Below, in pieces: positions 1 to 8,675 of a stretch of DNA of 34,385 nucleotides (positions are counted from its first letter, which is position 1; every line of letters starts with the position of its first letter). The notes beneath the pieces were generated by a model that saw only the letters and a list, made by a program, of their open reading frames with translations, was not told where the DNA came from and searched no databases. The DNA is from a virus. The stretch lies in the UHGV virus genome UHGV-0351038. One strand, 5' to 3'. The position numbers were made by a program, and so were the translations under genes.

Positions 1-134
1 CGCCGCCGAGCGGGTTTTTTATTGCGGAATTAATTATGGACCGTTATTATTCTGCTCCCGGCCCTTTAGCTCAGTGGTGAGAGCGAGCGACTCATAATCG
101 CCAGGTCGCTGGTTCAAATCCAGCAAGGGCCACC
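1..134. repeat. Left copy of inverted repeat (terminator-like hairpin remnant + tRNA-Ile), reverse complement of 5389-5522
   Basis: Positions 1-62 are the exact reverse complement of 5461-5522 by manual comparison; tRNA body also matches; identity ends just after the tRNA 3' end (CCT here vs CCA in the other copy). Repeat reaches the window edge so true length is unknown. Confidence 0.85.
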
Positions 135-135
135 T
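60..135 (+). tRNA. tRNA-Ile2-like, anticodon CAU (could be read as tRNA-Met)
   Basis: Cloverleaf by eye: acceptor GGCCCTT / AAGGGCC, D-arm AGCTCAGTGG, anticodon loop CTCATAA, T-arm GGTTCAAATCC; close to recalled E. coli ileX-type sequence. 3' end encoded as CCT, not CCA. Confidence 0.8.
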
Positions 136-326
136 GTCGGATCACCGGAAAGGACCCGTAAAGCGATAATGATTATCATCTACATATCACAACGTGCGTG
201 GAGGCCATCAAACCACGTCAAATAATCAATTATGACGCAGGTATCGTATTAATTGATCTGCATCAACCTAACGTAAAAACAACTTCAGACAATACAAATC
301 AGCGACACTGAATACAGGGCAACCTC

Positions 327-560
327 ATGTCAACGAAGAACAGAACCCGCAGAACAACAACCCGCAACATCCGCTTTCCTAACCAAATGATTGAACAAAT
401 TAACATCGCTCTTGTTCAAAAAGGGTCCGGGAATTTCTCAGCCTGGGTCATTGAAGCCTGCCGCCGGAGACTGTGCTCAGAAAAAAGAGTTTCGCCTGAA
501 GCAAACAAAGAAAAGAGTGACATTACTGAATTGCTCAGAAAACAGGTCAGACCAGATTGA
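327..560 (+). CDS. Arc/Mnt-like ribbon-helix-helix DNA-binding protein (77 aa)
   Basis: N-terminal basic arm then RNIRFPNQMIEQINIALVQKGSGNFSAWVIEACRRRL, which aligns by eye to P22 Arc (NLRWPREVLDLVRKVAEENGRSVNSEIYQRVMESF). ATG at 327; weak RBS. Confidence 0.5.
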   Translation: MSTKNRTRRTTTRNIRFPNQMIEQINIALVQKGSGNFSAWVIEACRRRLCSEKRVSPEANKEKSDITELLRKQVRPD

Positions 561-617
561 AGCAATTTAGATAATCGTGCAGACTACGCCCCCTCATATC
601 ACATGGAAGGTACTACA

Positions 618-1028
618 ATGGCTCAGGTTGCCATTTTTAAACAAATATTCGATAAAGTGCGAAATAATTTAAACTATCACTGGTTTTATTCTGAACTAAA
701 ACGTCACAATGTTTCACATTACATTTACTATTTAGCCACAGAGAATATTCATCTTGTTCTTGAAAACGATAATACGGTTTTAATAAAAGGACAGGGTAAG
801 GTTGTAAATGTAAGATTTTCAAAAAATAAATGCCTTATAGAAGCCACCTTAAAAGGATTCAAATCAGGAGAGTTATCATTTTACGAATACAGGAAAAATC
901 TTGCTACAGCAGGGGTTTTCAGATGGATTACAAATATCCACGAAAACAAAAGGTATTACTATACCTTTGATAATTCATTACTCTTTACTGAGAACATTCA
1001 GAACACTACACAAATATTTCCGCACTAA
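618..1028 (+). CDS. DUF1398-family protein (YbcV-like), about 136 aa
   Basis: ORF 603-1028; second ATG at 618 has a GGAAGG RBS 7 nt upstream. Sequence ([14 protein letters not shown]...[20 protein letters not shown]) recalled as the YbcV family of DLP12-type prophages; lies convergent to the lysis genes as ybcV does. Confidence 0.6.
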   Translation: MAQVAIFKQIFDKVRNNLNYHWFYSELKRHNVSHYIYYLATENIHLVLENDNTVLIKGQGKVVNVRFSKNKCLIEATLKGFKSGELSFYEYRKNLATAGVFRWITNIHENKRYYYTFDNSLLFTENIQNTTQIFPH

Positions 1029-1335
1029 ATCATAACGTCCGGTTTCTTCCGTGCCAGAACCGGACTCGCTGGCATGATGAAATATGTGTACCCGGTAACC
1101 CCGGTGTGCATCGTTTTTGATTATTCCCCCACACTTGTGCAGAAGGAGTTCCCCGTCAGGCTACAGTCATAATTAATGCAAGAGTACAGCGACGATACAG
1201 CGCACAGAAATAAATCAGGTATCCATTGACTTCACAAAGACGGTGCATAGCATCGACAGGAGTAATTGCGTAAATTGAACTCTTGGCACACTTTAGCCAC
1301 CGGCGAATCTTCAGCGGATTATCCTTGGCCGGTTT

Positions 1336-1800
1336 TTATCTGAGGCATTGCTCTCGAATGTATAGCTGTGCCCCTTCAAGTTGTTTTTGCATTATTATCA
1401 GTCGCGCTCTGAGGGTGAAATAATCCCGTTCAGCGGTGTCTGCCAGTCGGGGGGAGGCTGCATTATCCACGCCGGAGGCGGTGGTGGCTTCACGCACTGA
1501 CTGACAGACTGCTTTGATGTGCAACCGACGACGACCAGCGGCAACATCATCACGCAGAGCATCATTTTCAGCTTTCGCATCAGCTAACTCCTTCGTGTAT
1601 TTTGCATCGAGCGCAGCAACATCACGCTGACGCATCTGCATGTCAGTAATTGCCGCGTTCGCCAGCTTCAGTTCTCTGACATTTTTGTCGCGCTGGGCTT
1701 TGTAGGTAATGGCGTTATCACGGTAATGATTCAGCCACAGACTAAGCGCACCACAGGCCACCAGCAGGGCAATGATGACCACGCACAGTACGCGGTTCAT
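1336..1800 (-). CDS. Rz: Rz inner-membrane spanin subunit (i-spanin)
   Basis: 154 aa, N-terminal TM segment then coiled-coil periplasmic domain; directly downstream of the endolysin; contains an embedded +1-frame lipoprotein ORF. Confidence 0.85.
   Translation of the reverse strand: MNRVLCVVIIALLVACGALSLWLNHYRDNAITYKAQRDKNVRELKLANAAITDMQMRQRDVAALDAKYTKELADAKAENDALRDDVAAGRRRLHIKAVCQSVREATTASGVDNAASPRLADTAERDYFTLRARLIIMQKQLEGAQLYIREQCLR
1398..1580 (-). CDS. Rz1: Rz1 outer-membrane lipoprotein spanin (o-spanin), embedded in Rz
   Basis: 60 aa, signal peptide with lipobox LVVVGC, proline-rich mature region ([15 protein letters not shown]); fully nested in Rz in another frame, the classic Rz/Rz1 arrangement. 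Confidence 0.8.
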   Translation of the reverse strand: MRKLKMMLCVMMLPLVVVGCTSKQSVSQCVKPPPPPAWIMQPPPDWQTPLNGIISPSERD

Positions 1801-2098
1801 TTCACCACCAGCGTATCTGACCGATGAAATAACCGGAGGCCATAATCACAAACACCAGCCAGATAAGAATGAACTTCCAGGTGGATAATTTTTCAGCCAT
1901 CACTCGAATCTCCCGAATCAGTTTGCTAAAATCAAACACACTTTCTCCTTTGACTTTTCCGGAGTCAGGAAACACAAAACCCCGCTTGGTGCCAACAAAC
2001 GGGGTTTTTACTTTTATTCACTTACGTTTCGCCACTTCGCAGGATTTCATGTTATCCGCCCGCGTGGCCATGCCTTATTTTTCAGCAAAATATTCTGC

Positions 2099-2632
2099 TT
2101 ATCTGTCGATACCCCAGCACGCCAGCGCGCTCTCCTGGTCACGACGGGATACCTGACCGTAGCAGTTGTTTGAACGAATACGGCAGTCTCTGCCACCGTC
2201 CTTAATCCACCAGCGAATCGCCTCACACGCTCCCCTGCGATCACCTGCATTAATTCGTTTGTAAAACGTCGACGGGAAACACTTACCGGGACCAATGTTG
2301 TACGGACAGAATGACGCGATCCCCGCTTTCTGGGGTTCGCTCAATGGCACTTTGATGTTTTTCTCCACCCATGCCAGCGCCTTATCACGCTCAATGGCGT
2401 TGACCTGGTCGCATTTTTCCTTCGACAGTTTCATACCGGGAAAAACGGGTTTTCCATCCACCATCGTGGCCCCCCGACAGATGGTCCAGTTGCCGGAACC
2501 ATCGCGGTATGCCGTTGTGTGGTTACCCTCTTTTTCGTCCAGAAACTGGTCAAGTATCTGAGGAGCAGACGCGCCTGCAGCAATCAGCGCCAGAACAGCA
2601 GCTGACAGGCCGTATTTGATTTTTACGCTCAT
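2099..2632 (-). CDS. SAR endolysin (phage lysozyme, GH24-like)
   Basis: 177 aa; N-terminal weakly hydrophobic Gly/Ala-rich segment (SAAVLALIAAGASAPQ) typical of a signal-anchor-release domain, followed by lysozyme-like domain; positioned between holin and Rz. Confidence 0.8.
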   Translation of the reverse strand: MSVKIKYGLSAAVLALIAAGASAPQILDQFLDEKEGNHTTAYRDGSGNWTICRGATMVDGKPVFPGMKLSKEKCDQVNAIERDKALAWVEKNIKVPLSEPQKAGIASFCPYNIGPGKCFPSTFYKRINAGDRRGACEAIRWWIKDGGRDCRIRSNNCYGQVSRRDQESALACWGIDR

Positions 2633-2725
2633 GGATATTTATCAGGATGCTACCAATGAAAGATACTGGAAAGCCAACTGCAAAAAGCTAACAACCTGTA
2701 ATCGAGTTATCAGAACTGTTAATTT

Positions 2726-2986
2726 TTATGGTATACCGCGCCTCTGAACAGGGGCGCGTTTCTGGCAACAGCTCGTCCCCTTCACATAACCCGGCAGCAA
2801 CATCCAGGAAGACCTGGCTGCTGCCTCATAAAACTCCAGCGCGGCACCTTCAACACGGTCCAGCGAGATGTCCAGGTCAAAAATTTCACCGTCAAAGCGT
2901 TTTTTGTCCCGTAACGCTAAAGTTACCGTAACTTTATTCTCAAAATTGCGGATCCCTTTCACAATCAGTTCATAGTTTTGAGTCAT
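2726..2986 (-). CDS. DUF1327-like small lysis-cassette protein (YdfR-like); C-terminus possibly altered
   Basis: 86 aa MTQNYELIVKGIRNFENKVTVTLALRDKKRFDGEIFDLD...; sits between holin and endolysin as ydfR does in Qin-type cassettes; the C-terminal 25 residues look unrelated, Cys/Arg-rich. Confidence 0.5.
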   Translation of the reverse strand: MTQNYELIVKGIRNFENKVTVTLALRDKKRFDGEIFDLDISLDRVEGAALEFYEAAARSSWMLLPGYVKGTSCCQKRAPVQRRGIP

Positions 2987-2990
2987 TGAA

Positions 2991-3206
2991 TTACTCTCCC
3001 CGTGCCGCCTTACGACGGTCCTCTCTGATTTTGAAATACAGGTTAGTCAGATATGTCAGCAGCCCAAACAGCAGACTCCCCAGCACGCCTATTGCCGCCC
3101 ACTGAGACGGGGAAACCCTGTCCAGCAACTGCAGGAACCAGTAGCCCGTTCCCACCGCTGACGTAGTGTATGACACACCTGTTGTGATTTTTTCCATCTG
3201 GTCCAT
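2991..3206 (-). CDS. Class II holin / pinholin (phage 21 S-like, 71 aa) with dual-start motif
   Basis: Track ORF 2991-3311 starts at a GTG; the in-frame MDQMEK start at 3206 gives a 71-aa protein with two TM segments and charged C-terminus ([13 protein letters not shown]). Met1 and Met4 form a dual-start motif. Pairs logically with the SAR endolysin. Confidence 0.75.
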   Translation of the reverse strand: MDQMEKITTGVSYTTSAVGTGYWFLQLLDRVSPSQWAAIGVLGSLLFGLLTYLTNLYFKIREDRRKAARGE

Positions 3207-3513
3207 ACCCCGTCTCCCATTATCCGGAAGCTGACAACAATAAAAAAGCCACCAGTTAACTACTGATGGCTCTGATAACTCATGCAAGCGTCTCAGACGA
3301 TCCACTGACACTATCGGTGAGTTTAACGATACCTTCCATTTGACTGGCTCACTTTTTATGATGATGCCGGTGCATTTATCTCCAGCACCAGACTTTCTAT
3401 CTCAACGCCATACGTTGCATTTTTGGTAATATCCGTCAGCGTCAGTGCATTTAGTCCCACTGCCAGACTGTCTTTTATGGCCTGGAATGCCGGGCCAGTA
3501 CGATGACGTAGTA

Positions 3514-3717
3514 TCACTCCGGCTCAGTTGCACCGCTGACCACCACATCACCTTCTGCTGCAATCGCCTGCATCAGGGTATAAGGGGTTATGGCCACCGG
3601 ACTACCAAACGGCTGCCAGCCCTCTTTCAGTTTATGTGTCAGCTTTTCCGCAAGATCTGACGGCGGCGCCGCCCTGACAACATCATAGTGTTTAAATGCC
3701 ATGGTTCTTTCCACCAT
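3514..3717 (-). CDS. DUF1737-family small prophage protein
   Basis: 67 aa MVERTMAFKHYDVVRAAPPSDLAEKL...; recalled as a conserved small protein upstream of holins in lambdoid prophages. Confidence 0.55.
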   Translation of the reverse strand: MVERTMAFKHYDVVRAAPPSDLAEKLTHKLKEGWQPFGSPVAITPYTLMQAIAAEGDVVVSGATEPE

Positions 3718-3962
3718 CTGAAAAATAATTCTTTAAAATGCCTGACATGTAATACAGAAAAAAACACAAAACCATACCTTAAATAAAAACCTGATTATCA
3801 AGCAGATATGCATGGATAAACTACAAGACGAGATATAAACCACCCTGTATTTAAATAAACAATAAACAACATCAGAAAAATAATTCTGCTCTATGGTTTA
3901 ATTCAAAAATATCATTTATACTTTTCAGAACATCACCAGCAAGGCATAAACAAGGAAAGTAA

Positions 3963-4298
3963 ATGAAGTGGATTGTGATTGATACAGTTATCCAGCCATC
4001 ATGCGGAATATCTTTTTCAGTCATATGGAGTAAAATAAAATTAATAATCTGGTATCAATCGGATGCTTTCTTACCTCCTGAAAGTATATTTACACTGACT
4101 CACACAGGCATCATGCTCAATAACAAAGTGCTGCCTGTAACCATTTACAACGTAGTACCATTCAATAAAACATTCTGGAATTTAATCAAAAACAGCCAGG
4201 AATGCCCTACAAATACAGATAACGTATTGAATGAATGCTTTAATAACCGTTGCACTCTGCAAATATGTCCTTATGGACTAAAACAACAAAGTCCATAA
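3963..4298 (+). CDS. Hypothetical protein (111 aa) in AT-rich cargo segment
   Basis: ATG preceded by AAGGAAAG RBS; Cys-containing, no recognisable family; lies antisense to the late operon in a visibly AT-rich stretch. Confidence 0.3.
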   Translation: MKWIVIDTVIQPSCGISFSVIWSKIKLIIWYQSDAFLPPESIFTLTHTGIMLNNKVLPVTIYNVVPFNKTFWNLIKNSQECPTNTDNVLNECFNNRCTLQICPYGLKQQSP

Positions 4299-4314
4299 GG
4301 AGTTTACTCACATC

Positions 4315-4354
4315 TGACAAAATCAATATAAACAGCCCCTCCGGAGAGGGGCTG
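4315..4354 (-). terminator. Intrinsic terminator-like hairpin (9-bp stem CAGCCCCTC/GAGGGGCTG, loop CGGA) followed by U-rich tract on minus strand
   Basis: Perfect 9-bp inverted repeat at 4333-4354; on the minus strand it is followed by TTTATATTGATTTT. Confidence 0.45.
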
Positions 4355-4745
4355 GAGAGTGGCGCTATGTGCCATTGCATGGTGCCGGGTGCCTCCCGGT
4401 GAATTCAGTACCAGCACCTGAATCCGCGATTATCCCATATACCTACTCGCTGATTGCCCCACCGCACAGGGGGATTCACCATGCCAGTTTCTTTTAACAA
4501 ACTCCCCGCAAACCAGACAACAGTCAACCGCCTGAATTGTGAAGTATTTAAAAATTTCTCCCGCTAACTGATACCCGGCTAACAGTCTGGCGTTTTCTTT
4601 TTCAGCAACGGGAAAGCAACAACCACCACACCCGCCACCAGCACACCGTCAGCCAGCACTGACATTATCCGGCTGCTGCAATGCCATTCACAAAAACAGT
4701 AAGCAATCACTTTTTACCGTAACAGGTGATAATCCAGATATGTAT

Positions 4746-5099
4746 CTACCCCAGATGAGTAATCCGAAGTTCATCCATACCACAGGTCCTGGCTATTCTG
4801 TTGTACTCCTGAACAAGAGCAAATAATTCTGAATTAGCAACCATGAACTCATCGCAAACCCTCTGTATAGCATCACTATTCAGAATAATAACGTCTCTTC
4901 CCGAAAGACGATCAGGAGTACAGAACAAAACTGTCAAACGGCTGAAGGCCTTTGCTCGTGCTGCATTGACTATATCAATACGCTGCCTAAGGATGAAACA
5001 CCCCGACGCCTCATCAATATTCACTCTACCCACACCATATGAATGATAAATATTTAATGCTGAAAAAACCATTAGACCGTATAACAAATATTCAATCAA
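4746..5099 (-). CDS. Hypothetical protein (117 aa; start uncertain, TTG at 5099 or ATG 27 nt downstream)
   Basis: ORF only; AT-rich; no family recognised. Confidence 0.25.
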   Translation of the reverse strand: MIEYLLYGLMVFSALNIYHSYGVGRVNIDEASGCFILRQRIDIVNAARAKAFSRLTVLFCTPDRLSGRDVIILNSDAIQRVCDEFMVANSELFALVQEYNRIARTCGMDELRITHLG

Positions 5100-5209
5100 T
5101 ACTTAACAGAACTTTTATTTTTGACAAACATATAATATTTTCAACAATATCCTGAGCCAGGTATATTTCAGTATAAGGCTCTGCCGGAAGGAATCTGGAA
5201 GAATGAATA

Positions 5210-5286
5210 TGGCGCGCTGTACTGGATTCGAACCAGTGACCGATTGCTTAGAAGGCAATTGCTCTGTCCGGCTGAGCTAACAACGC
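5210..5286 (-). tRNA. tRNA-Arg, anticodon UCU (phage argN/argO-like)
   Basis: Reverse complement folds as tRNA: acceptor GCGTTGT / ACAGCGC, anticodon loop CTTCTAA, T-arm GGTTCGAATCC, CCA encoded. Confidence 0.8.
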
Positions 5287-5387
5287 TGAATACCGATAAT
5301 GGACCGCCATCGGGGACCCGCCCCCCGCACCAACAACCCTGTTATCGTGTCGTCTGCTCTTCCTGATAAGCTAATGGCGGTTTGTGA

Positions 5388-5463
5388 TGGTGGCCCTTGC
5401 TGGATTTGAACCAGCGACCTGGCGATTATGAGTCGCTCGCTCTCACCACTGAGCTAAAGGGCC
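5388..5463 (-). tRNA. tRNA-Ile2-like, anticodon CAU (phage ileZ-like); CCA encoded
   Basis: Reverse complement identical to the tRNA at 60-132 and continues into an encoded CCA; lies downstream of Q as in lambdoid late regions. Confidence 0.8.
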
Positions 5464-5522
5464 GGGAGCAGAATAATAACGGTCCATAATTAATTCCGCA
5501 ATAAAAAACCCGCTCGGCGGCG
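5389..5522. repeat. Right copy of inverted repeat (tRNA-Ile + terminator-like hairpin), reverse complement of 1-134
   Basis: See left copy; manual base-by-base comparison. Confidence 0.85.
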
Positions 5523-5525
5523 GGT
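5501..5525 (-). terminator. tR'-like intrinsic terminator between Q and the tRNAs
   Basis: Minus-strand RNA CCCGCCGCCGAGCGGG followed by TTTTTT; about 80 bp downstream of the Q stop. Confidence 0.45.
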
Positions 5526-5606
5526 TGTAGAAACTCTTCTAACGTCAGGCATAAAACGCCCATCATTATGACGAATTTACCACAGATTCCGGAAAAATCA
5601 ACCTTG

Positions 5607-6428
5607 TTACCTAGTTACCTTTTTTAACTGCCGCTCAGCCCATGCTTCTTCAATATCAAACCGGGTCACCAGCGCATCATAGAATTTCTTAACTGTTTTT
5701 TCCCATGACGCGCGTGTTATCTGGTTTGTCACCTCGCATATAGCATTAAATGCCTCCGTTGATGGTAGTCTTTCATAGCCACGACCACCACAACGCTGGC
5801 AGTCTCTGATAACAGGCATACCACGTTTTACCGACTCTTCACGATGAATGGCGACACCACGCCCACGGCAATCCTTACAGGCGGTGGAAACCTCACCCTT
5901 TCCGCCACACTCCGGACAGGCAACTTTTACCACCTCCCTGACTTTTTTCCATTCTTCCCAGTAAGACGGATACACACCTTTCGTACACTTTGCCCATACC
6001 GGCGGCTTACCATCCGGATACTGGACCTTGTTTGTAAAAACTACGCTTTCAATAAATTTTTCCCCATAGCAACAAGGGCACTGCTTTTTACTCGCTGCGC
6101 TGCGGGCATAATCCTCAAAAGCGTACGAAGCCATAATGCGCATCACTAACGGTTTTATTTCTGCCGGAAGTTTTCTCAACGCCGCCACACGATCGCACCG
6201 ACTGAGTGCATAATCTGCCAGTAATTCTGTTGCCCGCGCCCTGTCATTCATACTGATGCCCATTTTCCCCAGGAACGCAGAAAACCCCATCTCAGCCCGA
6301 TTCTGTGTCATGCCCTGCGCGGCCATCACATCAGTGATACTCAGCGCATCTTTTGACGTTGAGGCCGATACATCGGTCAGGCCAGGGGATTTTGGGGAGT
6401 AGTATTTCGGTAAATCTTCCAGTTTCAT
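5607..6428 (-). CDS. Late-gene antiterminator Q (phage 82 / Qin QuuQ-like)
   Basis: 273 aa with multiple CxxC zinc-finger motifs (CPCCYGEKF, CPECGGKG, CKDCRGRG, CQRCGGRG); located between rusA and the tR'/tRNA/lysis region. Confidence 0.8.
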   Translation of the reverse strand: MKLEDLPKYYSPKSPGLTDVSASTSKDALSITDVMAAQGMTQNRAEMGFSAFLGKMGISMNDRARATELLADYALSRCDRVAALRKLPAEIKPLVMRIMASYAFEDYARSAASKKQCPCCYGEKFIESVVFTNKVQYPDGKPPVWAKCTKGVYPSYWEEWKKVREVVKVACPECGGKGEVSTACKDCRGRGVAIHREESVKRGMPVIRDCQRCGGRGYERLPSTEAFNAICEVTNQITRASWEKTVKKFYDALVTRFDIEEAWAERQLKKVTR

Positions 6429-6799
6429 TTTTTGACCTGCTCTTCATGCATTATGGGGTAAATCTTCACCCCCATACGTCCACCAGATACTGGCTGACCA
6501 CGAACGATATTGATTTCATCAAACTGCTCATCGTCCATTAACACTCCCGCATGCGTCAGCGCATCCAGCGGTGCTTTCAGGATATTGTCCAGGTCGCGAC
6601 GACGCTTATCCGGTGGCTCTGCAATCACCTTTATCGCCAGCCTTCCGGACAGGCTTAATTTCAGCCGCTGCTGGCGAACAATAAGCGCCACAGCCCGGCG
6701 ATAACGCTTTCCCTCCTCCGAGATAAAATATGTGCTGCCACGGCGTCGCCAGTAAGTGTTCACCGTCGGCGGGTAAGGTAAAACCAAATCTATGAGCAT
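6425..6799 (-). CDS. rusA: RusA-family Holliday junction resolvase
   Basis: 124 aa MLIDLVLPYPPTVNTYW...DLDNILKAPLDALTHAGVLMDDEQ, matching recalled RusA catalytic-region features; 4-bp overlap with Q. Confidence 0.85.
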   Translation of the reverse strand: MLIDLVLPYPPTVNTYWRRRGSTYFISEEGKRYRRAVALIVRQQRLKLSLSGRLAIKVIAEPPDKRRRDLDNILKAPLDALTHAGVLMDDEQFDEINIVRGQPVSGGRMGVKIYPIMHEEQVKK

Positions 6800-6811
6800 C
6801 AGTCACCTCTT

Positions 6812-7861
6812 TTACCCAAGCACGCCAGTTGCAAAGGCGTGATCAAGAAAACGAAAAATTAAATCAACCTGAGAACCATGCTTTTGTTCGAACGCCAGAG
6901 GATCCGCATGAAGCTCGTTGTGATGCTCCCGACACAGCGGTAGCGTGAAAATATCGTGAGATTTTGTCCCCATTCCGCCCTGACCATGACCAATCAGGTG
7001 ATGGGGATCGTCGGCTGGCTTACCACAACACGCACACGGCTGTGTCTTCACCCAGCGTGTGTATTTCTCGTTAACCCAGCGGCGACGTTTAGGTCGTTTC
7101 ATGAAAGATTCCGGAGACTCAGGATCAACGGCAATGCTGACCACCGTCTTTTCCTGTGGTGGGTTCTGTTGCTGGTGGGCGTGAGGCAGCGGCGCAATAT
7201 TTTTTGTGCGCTGTTTCAGTATGCTGGTGGCTGTCTGCTCTCCCGGTATGATGTCGCTCTCGCGGTAAAGCGAGCGGATTTTCTCCGCCGGTAATCCCAG
7301 TGAGCGGCGTAATACAGCCTCCGGTAGTGCGTCCGCTACCTGATTGCAGACCGCCCACCAGGATAATTCAGCCAGAGATAATTCACGCTCCTGCGTACCG
7401 CTTATTGCGTGACCGATGACGTCAATCATCCATGCTGACAGGTTTTGATGAGCAAGTTGCTCGAGTGATTCGGATGTCTGGTCACGCAGCTGGTTGTCGC
7501 AGTGCCAGCACAACACCATTGCGCCGGTACCATAACGGTGAATGACGGTTTCGCTGTGATGATAATCGCCGTGTGGCCACTGGCAGGATTTAACATGGCG
7601 CAGTAACCAGTCAGACAATGCGCCAGCGCCACCAGCAGCACGAATCACTCGTTCGTCGCTGAAAAATGGCAGTAATGATTTATCCTCCGCCAGCGGCTGG
7701 CGAACGGCAGGAACGACCCCGGACGGCAGATTACGCATGGTTTTCGGTTCCGGCTCCACCAGTACCCGGGTATTGTGGAATACCGGCATGGATTCACTGC
7801 CCGGCTTAACGATCACCAGCCCGAGTTCCGGTACCAGAACAGGTCGAAGTAATACCCGCAC
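6812..7861 (-). CDS. DUF968-family protein (YdfU-like) with C-terminal HNH-like zinc-binding motif
   Basis: 349 aa; C-terminus CACCGKPADDPHHLIGHGQGG...CREHHNELH; start is GTG at 7861, so N-terminus uncertain. Confidence 0.65.
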   Translation of the reverse strand: MRVLLRPVLVPELGLVIVKPGSESMPVFHNTRVLVEPEPKTMRNLPSGVVPAVRQPLAEDKSLLPFFSDERVIRAAGGAGALSDWLLRHVKSCQWPHGDYHHSETVIHRYGTGAMVLCWHCDNQLRDQTSESLEQLAHQNLSAWMIDVIGHAISGTQERELSLAELSWWAVCNQVADALPEAVLRRSLGLPAEKIRSLYRESDIIPGEQTATSILKQRTKNIAPLPHAHQQQNPPQEKTVVSIAVDPESPESFMKRPKRRRWVNEKYTRWVKTQPCACCGKPADDPHHLIGHGQGGMGTKSHDIFTLPLCREHHNELHADPLAFEQKHGSQVDLIFRFLDHAFATGVLG

Positions 7862-7862
7862 G

Positions 7863-8141
7863 TTACCTCCAGATGCGTTGCTGGAATGTGCGGGACAGAC
7901 GCGGTGGGCGTTCGGAGTAAGGAAGCCTGACGGAGATTATCCAGTGACGGTAGTCGAGGCTAAGGGCTTTTTTAACCTCGCATCCGCGCCTGCGGTAACA
8001 CTGAATGAGCCATTCGGCCTGTTCTTCAGTGCATGGGGGATGCTGGTACCAGTCTGACTTAAATGCGTGAGAATACCGCTCGTGCGTGTGGGCAAGAACG
8101 GTCGAATTATCATGTTTGTAATATTTTGCGTTGCGTGCCAT
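7863..8141 (-). CDS. Hypothetical prophage protein (92 aa)
   Basis: ATG start, abuts DUF968 gene; no family recognised. Confidence 0.45.
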   Translation of the reverse strand: MARNAKYYKHDNSTVLAHTHERYSHAFKSDWYQHPPCTEEQAEWLIQCYRRRGCEVKKALSLDYRHWIISVRLPYSERPPRLSRTFQQRIWR

Positions 8142-8207
8142 CGGTTTTCTCCGGTGGCACGGTGTTACTCAGCGGGAGTTCAGCCCCGCGCAAGATTGTA
8201 GATGAGT

Positions 8208-8459
8208 TTATTCTTCTGAAAAAGCAGAAAAGCCAGCTTTTATTCCGATCTCTTTCAATACCTGTAATGAAGTGACAAACTCACCGTCGCGCAAGATAAA
8301 TCCGTCCGTCACTCGGGCATCCACAAAATTAATTAACGCAGCCCCATTTTTTTGCAAACACACAATGCGGTAATGACTAACAATATTTCCATTTTCAACG
8401 CACACAGCATAGAGGCCATCTTCACAAAAAATTTTACGCAGTTCTTCGATGTTCATCAT
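8208..8459 (-). CDS. Hypothetical prophage protein (83 aa)
   Basis: ORF with ATG start; no family recognised. Confidence 0.4.
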   Translation of the reverse strand: MMNIEELRKIFCEDGLYAVCVENGNIVSHYRIVCLQKNGAALINFVDARVTDGFILRDGEFVTSLQVLKEIGIKAGFSAFSEE

Positions 8460-8573
8460 CAGAATCCTTCCGGATAATTAGCTCTCCCCTTTAAGGGACC
8501 ATCCCTCTTATCCCTGCGCGCTACTTAAGTATTTTTGATTCTATTCCGGCACCGTCCAGAACTTCAAATGCGT

Positions 8574-8607
8574 TGAAAATAAAAACAAAAACCCGCCGAA
8601 GCGGGTT
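8574..8607 (-). terminator. Intrinsic terminator downstream of hok
   Basis: 7-bp stem AACCCGC/GCGGGTT with loop CGAA; on the minus strand followed by TTTTTGTTTTT. Confidence 0.6.
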
Positions 8608-8675
8608 AAGTGCGGGTGCGTTGAGGATACCTGCCACATCAGAGGTGGCGAGGGATTTCTCCCTCGCCGGGTCTC

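Noticed and set aside
2991-3311. Holin annotated as the full 106-aa track ORF
   Set aside because: The ORF begins at a GTG; the internal MDQMEK start gives the 71-aa size and dual-start motif expected of this holin class, so the N-terminal extension is probably not translated.
3718-5209. Shiga-toxin or other known toxin genes at the Stx-equivalent position
   Set aside because: No ORF here has the size or signal-peptide-bearing A/B subunit architecture; only small unknown ORFs.
5294-5387. Possible third tRNA between tRNA-Arg and tRNA-Ile
   Set aside because: No acceptor/T-arm pattern (no GGTTCGAATCC-like motif) could be folded by eye.
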